From the NCBI GenBank assembly GCA_964016885.1, contig OZ024744.1:18972001-19036000 (forward strand): DNA of 64,000 nt, read 5' to 3'. This document shows, piece after piece, positions 52,201 through 64,000 of the stretch. The position numbers and the translations under genes are program-made. The number at the start of each line of letters is the position of its first letter. The first letter of the stretch is position 1. A model generated the notes under the pieces. The model was not told the DNA's origin and did no database searches. It saw only the letters and a list, made by a program, of their open reading frames with translations. Source of the DNA: Eledone cirrhosa. Taxonomy: Eukaryota.

Positions 52201-55200
52201 TTGCGTGTGTCTGTGTCACTGTGTATGTCACTGTGTGTTTCTGTATGTCTGTGTGAATGTGTATGTCACTGTGTGTTTGTGTATGTCTGTGTCACTCTAT
52301 GTTTCTCTATGTATGTGTCACCGTGTATGTCACTGTATCTTTGTGTATGCCTGTGTCACTGTGTATGTCACTGTGTGTTTCTGTATGTTTGTGTGACTGT
52401 GTATGTCACTAAATGTTTGTGTGTGTCTGTGTCTCTGTGTATGACACTGTGTGTTTGCGTGTGTCTGTGTCACAGTGTATGTCACTGTGTGTTTCTGTAT
52501 GTCTGTGTGACTGTGTATGTCACTCTTTGTTTGTGTATGTCTGTGTCACTGTGTGTGTTTCTGTATGTCTGTGTCACTGTGTATGTCATTGCATCTTTGT
52601 GTATGTCTGTCTCCCTCTGTATGTCACTGTGTGTTTCTGCATGTCTGTGTCACTGTGTATGTCACTGTGTGTTTCTGCATGTATGTGTCACTGTGTATAT
52701 CACTGTGTGTTTCTGTATGTCTGTGTCACTGTATATGTCACTGTATCTTTGTGTATGCCTGTGTCACTGTCTATATCACTGTATGTTTCTGTATGTCTGT
52801 TTCACTGTGTATGTCACTGTATATTTGTATATGTCTGTGTCACTCTGTATGTCACTGTCTGTTTCTGTATGTCTGTGTCACTATGTATGCCACTGTATGT
52901 TTGTGTTGTCTGTGTCATTGTGTATGTCACTGTGTCTTTCTGTATGTATGTATCACTGTGTATGTCACTGTGTGTATCTGTATGTCTGTGTCACTGTGTA
53001 AGTCATTGTATCTTTGTGTATGTCTGTGGCACTCTGTATGTCGTTGTGTGTTTCTGTATGTATGTGTCTCTGTGTATGTCACTGTATATTTGTGTATGTA
53101 TGTGTCCCTGTGTATGTCACTGTGAGTTTCTCTATGTCTGTGTCACTGTGTATGTCACTGTATGTCTCTGTATGTCTGTGTCACTGTATCTTTGTGTATG
53201 TCTGTGTCACTGTGTATGTCACTGTGTATTTATGTATTTCTGTGTCTCTGTGTATGCCACTGTATCTTTTTGTATGTCTGCGTCACTGTGTATGTCACTG
53301 TGTGTTTCTGCATGTCTGTGTCACTGTGTATGTCACAGTGTGTTTCTGTATATATGTGTCTCTGTGTATGTCACTGTATCTTTGTGTATGTCTGTGTCAC
53401 TGTGTGTTTCTGTATGTCTTGTCACTGTGTATGTCACTGTTTGTTTCTGTATGTATGTGTCACTGTGTATGTCACCGTATGTGTGTGTATGTCTGTGTCA
53501 CGGTGTATGTCACTGTATCTTTGTGTATGCCTGTGTCACTGTGTATGTCACTGTGTGTTTATGTATGTCTGTGTCACTGTGTATATCACTGTATGTTTGT
53601 GTGTGTCTGTGTCACTGTGTATGTCAATGTCTCTGTGTGTTTCTGTATGTCTGTGTCTCTGTGTATGTCACTGTATCTTTGTGTATGTATGTGTCACTGT
53701 GTATGTCACTGTGTGTTTCTGTATGTCTGTGTCACTGTGTATATCACTGTGTGTTTCTGTATATCTGTGTCTCTGTGTATGTCACTGCATCTTTGTGTAT
53801 GTATGTGTCACTGTGTATGTCACTGTGTGTTTCTGTATGTCTGTGTCACGGTGTATATCTATGTGTGTTTCTGTATCTCTGTGTCACGGTGTATGTCACT
53901 GCATGTTTGTGTATGTCTGTGCGACTGTGTATGTCACTGTGTGTTTCTGTATGGCTGTGTCACTGTGTATGTCACTATATCTTTGTGTATGTCTGTGTCA
54001 CTGTGTATGTCACAGTGTGTTTCTGTATGTCTGTGTCACTGTCTATGTCACTTATGTTTCTGAATTTCTGTGTCACTGTGTATGTCACTGTGTGTTTCTG
54101 TATGTCTGTGTCACGGTGTATGTCACTGTATGTTTGTGTGTGACCGTGTCACTGTGTATGTCACTGTATGTTTGTGTGCGTCTGTGTCACTGTGTATGTC
54201 ACTGTGTGTTTGTGTATGTCTGTGTCACTGTATGTTTCTGTATGTCTGTGTCACTGTGTATGTCACTGTTTGTTTCTGTATGTATGTGTCACTGTGTATG
54301 TCACCGTATGTGTGTGTATGTCTGTGTCACGGTGTATGTCACTGTATCTTTGTGTATGCCTGTGTCACTGTGTATGTCACTGTGTGTTTTTGTATGTCTG
54401 TGTCACTGTGTATATCACTGTATGTTTGTGTGTGTCTGTGTCACTGCGAATGTCAATGTCTCTGTGTGTTTCTGTATGTCTGTGTCTCTGTGTATGTCAC
54501 TGTATCTTTGTGTATGTATGTGTCACTATGTATGTCACTGTGTGTTTCTGTATGTATGTGTCACTGTGTATATCACTGTGTGTTTCTGTATATCTGTGTC
54601 TCTGTGTATGTCACTGTATCTTTGTGTATGTATGTGTCACTGTGTATGTCACTGTGTGTTTCTGTATGTCTGTATCACTGTGTATATCAATGTGTGTTTC
54701 TGTATCTCTGTGTCACGGTGTATGTCACTGCATGTTTGTGTATGTCTGTGTGACTGTGTATGTCACTGTGTGTTTCTGTATGTCTATGTCACTGTGTATG
54801 TCACAGTGTGTTTCTGTATATATGTGTCTCTGTGTATGTCACTGTATCTTTGTGTATGTCTGTGTCACTGTGTGTTTCTGTATGTCTGTGTCACTGTGTA
54901 TGTCACTGTATGTTTGTGTGTGTCTGTGTCACTGTGTATGTCAATGTCTCTGTGTGTTTCTGTATGTCTGTGTCTCTGTGTATGTCACTGTATCTTTGTG
55001 TATGTATGTGTCACTGTGTATGTCACTGTGTGTTTCTGTATGTCTGTGTCACTGTGTATATCACTGTGTGTTTCTGTATATCTGTGTCTCTGTGTATGTC
55101 ACTGTATCTTTGTGTATGTCTGGGTCACTGTGTATGTCACTGTATATTTGTGTATGTCTGTGTCACGGTGTATATCACTGTATGTTTGTGTATGTCTGTG

Positions 55201-58200
55201 TCACTGTGTATGTCACTGTATGTTTCTGTATGTCTGTGTCACTGTGTATATCAATGTGTGTTTCTGTATCTCTGTGTCATGGTGTATGTCACTGCATGTT
55301 TGTGTATGTCTGTGTGACTGTGTATGTCACTCTGTGTTTCTGTATGTCTGTGTCACTGTGTATGTCACTGTATCTTTGTGTATGTCTGTGTCACTGTGTA
55401 TGTCACAGTGTGTTTCTGTATGTCTGTGTCACTGTCTATGTCACTGTATGTTTCTGAATGTCTGTGTCACTGTGTATGTCACTGTGTGTTTCTGTATGTC
55501 TGTGTCACGGTGTATGTCACTGTATGTTTGTGTGTGACCGTGTCACTGTGTATGTCACTGTATGTTTGTGTGTGTCTGTGTCACTGTGTATGTCACTGTG
55601 TGTTTCTGTATGTCTGTATCACGGTGTATGTCACTGTCTGTTTGTGTGTGTCTGTGTCACCGTGTATGTCACTGTGTGTTTGTGTATGTCTGTGTCACTG
55701 TATGTTTCTGTATGGCTGTGTCACTGTGTATGTCACTGTGTGTTTATGTATGTCTGTGTCACTGTGTATGTCATTGTATCTTTGTGTATGTTTGTGTTAC
55801 TGTGTATGTCACTGTATGTTTATGTATGTTTGTGTCACTGTGTATGTCACTGTGTGTTTCTGTATGTCTGTGTCTCTGTGTATGTCACTGTATGTTTCTG
55901 TATGTCTGTTTCACTGTGTATGTCACTGTGTCTTTATGTATGTCTGTGTCATTCTGTATGTCACTGTATATTTCTGTATGTATGTGTCACTGTGTATGTC
56001 ACTGTATGTTTCTGTATGTCTGTGTCACTGTGTATGTCACTGTATGTTTCTGTATGTCTGTGTCACTGTGTATGTCACTGTTTCTTTGTGTATGTCTATG
56101 TCCCTGTGTATGTCACTGTATGTTTCTGTATGTTTGTGTCACTGTGTATGTCACTGTGTGTTTCTGTATGTCTGTGTCACTGTGTATGTCACTGTGTGTT
56201 TCTGTATGTTTGTGTCACTGTGTATGTCTCTAAATGTTTGTGTGTGTCTGTGTCTCTGTGTATGTCACTGTGTGTTTGCGTGTGTCTGTGTCACTGTGTA
56301 TGTCATTGTATCTTTGTGTATGTCTGTGTCACTGTCTATGTCACTGCATGTTTCTGAATGTCTGTGTCACTGTGTATGTCACTGTGTGTTTCTGTATGTC
56401 TGTGTCACGGTGTATGTCACTGTATGTTTGTGTGTGTCTGTGTCACTGTGTATGCCACTGTCTGTTTGTGTATGTCTGTGTCACTGTGTATGTCACTGTA
56501 TCTTTGTGTATGTATGTGTCACTCTGTATCTCACTGTGTGTTTCTGTATGTCTGTGTCAATGTGTATGTCACTGTGTGTTTCTGTATGTCTGTGTCACTG
56601 TGTATGTCACTGTATGTTTCTGTATGTCTGTTTCACTGTGTATGTCACTGTGTGTTTCTGTATGTCTGTGTCACTCTGTATCTCACTGTGTGTTTCTGTA
56701 TGTCTGTGTCAATGTGTATGTCACTGTGTGTTTCTGTATGTCTGTGTCACTGTGTATGTCACTGTATGTTTCTGTATGTCTGTTTCACTGTGTATGTCAC
56801 TGTGTGTTTCTGTATGTCTGTGTCACTCTGTATGTCACTGTATATTTCTGTATGTCTGTGTCACTGTGTATGTCACTGTATGTTTCTGTATGTCTGTGTC
56901 ACTGTGTATGTCACTGTGTGTTTCTGTATGTCTGTGTCACTGTATATGTCACTGTATCTTTGTGTATGCCTGTGTCACTGTTTATGTCACTGTATGTTTC
57001 TGTATGTCTGTTTCACTGTGTATGTCACTGTATATTTGTGTATGTCTGTGTCACTCTGTATGTCACTGTGTGTTTCTGTATGTCTGTGTCACTGTGTATG
57101 ACACTGTGTGTTTCTGTATATATGTATCACTGTGTATGTCAGTGTGTGTTTCTGTATGTCTGTGTCACTATGTAAGTCATTGTATCTTTGTGTATGTCTG
57201 TGGCACTATGTATGTTGTTGTGTGTTTCTGTATGTATGTGTCTCTGTGTATGTCACTGTATCGTTGTGTATGTATGTGTCACTGTGTATGTTACTGTGAG
57301 TTTATGTATGTCTGTGTCACTGTGTATGTCACTGTATGTCTATGTATGTCTGTGTCACTGTCTATGTCACTGTATCTTTGTGTATGTCTGTATCACTGTG
57401 TATGTCACTGTGTGTTTATTATGTCTGTGTCTCTGTGTATGTCACTGTATCTTTGCGTATGTCTGCGTCACTGTCTATGTCACTGTGTGTTTCTGTATGT
57501 CTGTGTCACTGTGTATGTCACAGTGTGTTTCTGTATATCTGTGACTCTGTGTATGTCACTGTATATTTCTGTATGTCTGTGTCACTGTGTATGTCACTGT
57601 ATGTTTCTGTATGTCTGTGTCACTGTGTATCTCGCTGTATGTTTCTGTATGTCTGTGTCACAGTGTATGTCACTGTATGTTTCTGTATGTTTGTGTCAAT
57701 GTGTATGTCACTGTGTGTTTCTGTATGTCTGTGTCAATGTGTATGTCACTGTGTGTTTCTGTATGTCTGTGTCACTGTGTATGTCACTGTATGTTTCTGT
57801 ATGTCTGTTTCACTGTGTATGTCACTGTGTGTTTCTGTATGTTTGTGTCACTCTGTATGTCACTGTATATTTCTGTATGTCTGTGTCACTGTGTATCTCA
57901 CTGTATGTTTCTGTATGTCTGTGTCACTGTGTATCTCACTGTATGTTTCTGTATGTCTGTGTCACAGTGTATGTCACTGTATGTTTCTGTATGTTTGTGT
58001 CAATGTGTATGTCACTGTGTGTTTCTGTATGTCTGTGTCAATGTGTATGTCACTGTGTGTTTCTGTATGTCTGTGTCACTGTGTATGTCACTGTATGTTT
58101 CTGTATGTCTGTGTCACTGTGTATGTCACTGTGTGTTTCTGTATGTCTGTGTCACTGTATATGTCACTGTATCTTTGTGTATGCCTGTGTCACTGTTTAT

Positions 58201-61200
58201 GTCACTGTATGTTTCTGTATGTCTGTTTCACTGTGTATGTCACTGTATATTTGTGTATGTCTGTGTCACTCTGTATGTCACTGTGTGTTTCTGTATGTCT
58301 GTGTCACTATGTATGCCATTGTATGTTTGTGTTATCTGTGTCATTGTGTATGTCACTGGGTGTTTCTGTATGTCTGTGTCACTGTGTATGACACTGTGTG
58401 TTTGTGTATGTATATATCACTGTGTATGTCACTGTGTGTTTCTGTATGTCTGTGTCACTATGTAAGTCATTGTATCTTTGTGTATGTCTGTGGCACTCTG
58501 TATGTTGTTGTGTGTTTCTGTATGTATGTGTCTCTGTGTATGTCACTGTATCGTTGTGTATGTATGTGTCACTGTGTATGTTGCTGTGAGTTTATGTATG
58601 TCTGTGTCACTGTGTATGTCAGTGTATGTCTATGTATGTCTGTGTCACTGTATCTTTGTGTATGTCTGTATCACTGTGTATGTCACTGTGTGTTTATGTA
58701 TGTCTGTGTCTCTGTGTATGTCACTGTATATTTGCGTATGTCTGCGTCACTGTGTATGTCACTGTGTGTTTCTGTATGTCTGTGTCACTGTGTATGTCAC
58801 AGTGTGTATCTGTATATCTGTGTCTCTGTGTATGTCACTGTATATTTCTGTATGTCTGTGTCACTGTGTATGTCACTGTATGTTTCTGTATGTCTGTGTC
58901 ACTGTGTATGTCACTGTATGTTTCTGTATGTCTGTGTCACTGTGTATGTCACTGTATCTTTGTGTATGTCTGTGTCCCTGTGTATGTCACTGTGTGTTTC
59001 TGTATGTGTGTGTCACTGTGTATGTCACTAAATGTTTGTGTGTGTCTGTGTCACTGTGTATGTCATTGTGTGTTTCGGTATGTCTGTGTCACTGTGTATA
59101 TCACTGTATGTTTGTGTATGCCTGTGTCACGGTGTATGTCACTGTATGTTTGTGTGTGTCTGTGTCACTGTGTATGCCACTGTCTGTTTGTGTATGTCTG
59201 TGTCACTGTGTGTGTTTCTGTATGTCTGTGTCACGGTGTATGTCACTGTATGTTTCTGTTTGCCTGTGTCACTGTGTATGTCACTGTATCTTTGTGTATG
59301 TCTGTGTCACTCTGTATCTCACTGTGTGTTTCTGTATGTCTGTGTCAATGTGTATGTCACTGTGTGTTTCTGTATGTCTGTGTCACTGTGTATGTCACTG
59401 TATGTTTCTGTATGTCTGTTTCACTGTGTATGTCACTGTGTGTTTCTGTATGTCTCTGTCACTCTGTATGTCACTGTATATTTCTGTATGTCTGTGTCAC
59501 TGTGTATGTCACTGTATGTTTCTGTATGTCTGTGTCACTGTGTATGTCACTGTGTGTTTCTGTATGTCTGTGTCACTGTATATGTCACTGTATCTTTGTG
59601 TATGCCTGTGTCACTGTTTATGTCACTGTATGTTTCTGTATCTCTGTGTCACGGTGTATGTCACTGCATGTTTGTGTATGTCTGTGTGACTGTGTATGTC
59701 ACTGTGTGTTTCTGTATGTCTGTGTCACTGTGTATGTCACTGTATCTTTGTGTATGTCTGTGTCACTGTATATGTCACAGTGTGTTTCTGTATGTCTGTG
59801 TCACTGTCTATGTCACTGTATGTTTCTGAATGTCTGTGTCACTGTGTATGTCACTGTGTGTTTCTGTATGTCTGTGTTACGGTGTATGTCACTGTATGTT
59901 TGTGTGTGACCGTGTCACTGTGTATGTCACTGTGTGTGTGTGTATGTCTGTGTCACTGTATATTTCTGTATGTCTGTGTCACTGTGTATGTCACTGTATG
60001 TTTCTGTATGTCTGTGTCACTGTGTATGTCACTGTGTGTTTCTGTATGGCTGTGTCACTGTGTATGTCACTGTATCTTTGTGTATGGCTGTGTCACTGTG
60101 TATGTCACAGTGTGTTTCTGTATGTCTGTGTCACTGTCTATGTCACTGTATGTTTCTGAATGTCTGTGTCACTGTGTATGTCACTGTATGTTTGTGTATG
60201 TCTGTGTCACTGTATGTGTATGTATGTCTGCGTCACTGTGTATGTCACTGTGTGTTTCTGTATGTCTGTGTCACTGTGTATGACATTGTATCTTTGTGTA
60301 TGTCTGTGTCACTGTGTATGTCACTGTATGTTTCTGTATGTTTGTGTCACTGTGTATGTCAATGTGTGTTTCTGTATGTCTGTGTCTCTGTGTATGTCAC
60401 TGTATGTTTCTGTATGTCTGTTTCACTGTGTATGTCACTGTGTCTTTATGTATGTCTGTGTAACTTTGTATGTCACTGTATATTTCTGTATGTCTGTGTC
60501 ACTGTGTATGTCACTGTATGTTTCTGTATGTCTGTGACACTGTGTATGTCACTGTATGTTTCTGTATGTCTGTGTCAGTGTGTATGTCACTGTATCTTTG
60601 TGTATGTCTGTGTCCCTGTGTATGTCACTGTATGTTTCTGTATGTTTGTGTCACTGTGTATGTCACTGTGTGTTTCTGTATGTCTGTGTCACTGTGTATG
60701 TCACTGTGTGTTTCTGTATGTCTGTGTGAATGTGTATGTCACTGTGTGTTTGTGTATGTCTGTGTCACTCTATGTTTCTCTATGTATGTGTCACCGTGTA
60801 TGTCACTGTATCTTTGTGTATGCCTGTGTCACTGTGTATGTCACTGTGTGTTTCTGTATGTTTGTGTGACTGTGTATGTCACTAAATGTTTGTGTGTGTC
60901 TGTGTCTCTGTGTATGACACTGTGTGTTTGCGTGTGTCTGTGTCACAGTGTATGTCACTGTGTGTTTCTGTATGGCTGTGTGACTGTGTATGTCACTCTT
61001 TGTTTGTGTATGTCTGTGTCACTGTGTGTGTTTATGTATGTCTGTGTCACTGTGTATGTCATTGCATCTTTGTGTATGTCTGTCTCCCTCTGTATGTCAC
61101 TGTGTGTTTCTGCATGTCTGCGTCACTGTGTATGTCACTGTGTGTTTCTGCATGTATGTGTCACTGTGTATATCACTGTGTGTTTCTGTATGTCTGTGTC

Positions 61201-62520
61201 ACTGTATATGTCACTGTATCTTTGTGTATGCCTGTGTCACTGTCTATATCACTGTATGTTTCTGTATGTCTGTTTCACTGTGTATGTCACTGTATATTTG
61301 TATATGTCTGTGTCACTCTGTATGTCACTGTCTGTTTCTGTATGTCTGTGTCACTATGTATGCCACTGTATGTTTGTGTTGTCTGTGTCATTGTGTATGT
61401 CACTGTGTCTTTCTGTATGTATGTATCACTGTGTATGTCACTGTGTGTATCTGTATGTCTGTGTCACTGTGTAAGTCATTGTATCTTTGTGTATGTCTGT
61501 GGCACTCTGTATGTCGTTGTGTGTTTCTGTATGTATGTGTCTCTGTGTATGTCACTGTATATTTGTGTATGTATGTGTCCCTGTGTATGTCACTGTGAGT
61601 TTCTCTATGTCTGTGTCACTGTGTATGTCACTGTATGTCTCTGTATGTCTGTGTCACTGTATCTTTGTGTATGTCTGTGTCACTGTGTATGTCACTGTGT
61701 ATTTATGTATTTCTGTGTCTCTGTGTATGCCACTGTATCTTTTTGTATGTCTGCGTCACTGTGTATGTCACTGTGTGTTTCTGCATGTCTGTGTCACTGT
61801 GTATGTCACAGTGTGTTTCTGTATATATGTGTCTCTGTGTATGTCACTGTATCTTTGTGTATGTCTGTGTCACTGTGTGTTTCTGTATGTCTTGTCACTG
61901 TGTATGTCACTGTTTGTTTCTGTATGTATGTGTCACTGTGTATGTCACCGTATGTGTGTGTATGTCTGTGTCACGGTGTATGTCACTGTATCTTTGTGTA
62001 TGCCTGTGTCACTGTGTATGTCACTGTGTGTTTATGTATGTCTGTGTCACTGTGTATATCACTGTATGTTTGTGTGTGTCTGTGTCACTGTGTATGTCAA
62101 TGTCTCTGTGTGTTTCTGTATGTCTGTGTCTCTGTGTATGTCACTGTATCTTTGTGTATGTATGTGTCACTGTGTATGTCACTGTGTGTTTCTGTATGTC
62201 TGTGTCACTGTGTATATCACTGTGTGTTTCTGTATATCTGTGTCTCTGTGTATGTCACTGCATCTTTGTGTATGTATGTGTCACTGTGTATGTCACTGTG
62301 TGTTTCTGTATGTCTGTGTCACGGTGTATATCTATGTGTGTTTCTGTATCTCTGTGTCACGGTGTATGTCACTGCATGTTTGTGTATGTCTGTGCGACTG
62401 TGTATGTCACTGTGTGTTTCTGTATGGCTGTGTCACTGTGTATGTCACTATATCTTTGTGTATGTCTGTGTCACTGTGTATGTCACAGTGTGTTTCTGTA
62501 TGTCTGTGTCACTGTCTATG
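43300..62520 (+). repeat. Higher-order repeat block R: copies at approx. 43300-49230, 49580-55500 and (partial) 58170-62520
   Basis: Triplets 43610/49891/58478, 44164/50445/59032 and 46132/52413/60886 give offsets 6281, then 8587, then 8473 after a 114-bp loss. Shared rare variants include gtttcggtat, gtgtaacttt, gtctccctct and gtgcgactg. Confidence 0.9.
54050..58240 (+). repeat. Distant third copy of part of block M (matches approx. 27790-32050)
   Basis: Pairs 27904/54168, 29060/55324 and 29970/56234 have offset 26264. Pairs 30999/57188 and 31147/57336 have offset 26189, a 75-bp loss equal to one 37-bp plus one 38-bp monomer. Confidence 0.85.
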
Positions 62521-64000
62521 TCACTGTATGTTTCTGAATGACTGTGTCACTGTGTATGTCACTGTGTGTTTCTGTATGTCTGTGTCACGGTGTATGTCAC
62601 TGTATGTTTGTGTGTGTCTGTGTCACCGTGTATGTCACTGTGTGTTTGTGTATGTCTGTGTCACTGTATGTTTCTGTATGTCTGTGTTACTGTGTATGTC
62701 ACTGTGTGTTTCTGTATGTCTGTGTCACTGTGTATGTCATTGTATCTTTGTGTATGTCTGTATCACTGTGTATGTCACTGTATGTTTCTGTATGTTTGTG
62801 TCACTGTGTATGTCACTGTGTATTTCTGTATGTCTGTGTCTCTGTGTATGTCACTGTATGTTTCTGTATGTCTGTTTCACTGTGTATGTCACTGTGTCTT
62901 TATGTATGTCTGTGTCACTCTGTATGTCACTGTACATTTCTGTATGTCTGTGTCACTGTGTATGTCACTGTATGTTTCTGTATGTCTGTGTCACTGTCTA
63001 TGTCACTGCATGTTTCTGAATGTCTGTGTCACTGTGTATGTCACTGTGTGTTTCTGTATGTCTGTGTCACGGTGTATGTAACTGTATGTTTGTGTGTGTC
63101 TGTGTCACTGTGTATGCCACTGTCTGTTTGTGTATGTCTGTGTCACTGTGTATGTCATTGTATCTTTGTGTATGTCTGTATCACTGTGTATGTCACTGTA
63201 TGTTTCTGTATGTTTGTGTCACTGTGTATGTCACTGTGTATTTCTGTATGTCTGTGTCTCTGTGTATGTCACTGTATGTTTCTGTATGTCTGTTTCACTG
63301 TGTATGTCACTGTGTCTTTATGTATGTCTGTGTCACTCTGTATGTCACTGTATATTTCTGTATGTATGTGTCACTGTGTATGTCACTGTATGTTTCTGTA
63401 TGTCTGTGTCACTGTCTATGTCACTGTATGTTTCTGTATGTTTGTGTCACTGTGTATGTCAATGTGTGTTTCTGTATGTCTGTGTCTCTGTGTATGTCAC
63501 TGTATGTTTCTGTATGTCTGTTTCACTGTGTATGTCACTGTGTCTTTATGTATGTCTGTGTAACTTTGTATGTCACTGTATATTTCTGTATGTCTGTGTC
63601 ACTGTGTATGTCACTGTATGTTTCTGTATGTCTGTGACACTGTGTATGTCACTGTATGTTTCTGTATGTCTGTGTCAGTGTGTATGTCACTGTATCTTTG
63701 TGTATGTCTGTGTCCCTGTGTATGTCACTGTATGTTTCTGTATGTTTGTGTCACTGTGTATGTCACTGTGTGTTTCTGTATGTCTGTGTCACTGTGTATG
63801 TCACTGTGTGTTTCTGTATGTTTGTGTCACTGTGTATGTCACTAAATGTTTGTGTGTGTCTGTGTCTCTGTGTATGTCACTGTTTGTTTGCGTGTGTCTG
63901 TGTCACTGTGTATGTCACTGTGTGTTTCTGTATGTCTGTGTGAATGTGTATGTCACTGTGTGTTTGTGTATGTCTGTGTCACTCTATGTTTCTCTATGTA

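Larger units (their letters stand above)
24598..64000 (+). repeat. 38-bp tandem satellite array, segment right of the gap (same family and orientation)
   Basis: Same consensus and variant classes as the left segment. The array runs off the window end. Confidence 0.98.

Noticed and set aside
1-64000. CRISPR array, since the 38-bp unit is in the CRISPR repeat size range
   Set aside because: There are no unique spacers between repeats, no leader and no cas genes. The monomers abut directly.
1-64000. Z-DNA, G-quadruplex or pUG-fold potential
   Set aside because: Purine-pyrimidine alternation is broken about every 10 bp by TC, CT or TT. There are no G-runs, and uninterrupted GT runs are short.
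1-64000. Telomeric repeat, alpha satellite or CENP-B box, or transposon termini
   Set aside because: I saw no TTAGGG-type units, 171-bp period or CENP-B box. I also saw no inverted repeats, target-site duplications or inserted non-satellite sequence.

Overview
The whole 64 kb window is one head-to-tail satellite/minisatellite array, interrupted only by a 200-N assembly gap (24398-24597). The consensus monomer is 38 bp, CTGTGTCA-CTGTGTATGTCA-CTGTGTGTTT-CTGTATGT, giving roughly 1,700 copies by length, all in one orientation. It appears derived from a (GT)n-like microsatellite. Diagnostic variants show nested higher-order duplications with periods of about 0.33, 0.42, 0.59, 1.3, 2.8, 3.1 and 6.2-6.8 kb. 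I find no credible gene, RNA gene, transposon or CRISPR. The long Cys/Val-rich ORFs exist only because the monomer has no stop codon on the + strand. The most unusual observation is on the minus strand. There the monomer parses exactly as a V(D)J recombination-signal-like unit (CACAGTG, 22 nt, ACAGAAACA = 38 bp), and a common variant gives CACAGTG, 12 nt, ACAAA(G/C/T)ATA. This may be a coincidence of CA-rich DNA and needs testing. The organism cannot be determined from the sequence, though it is probably a eukaryote.
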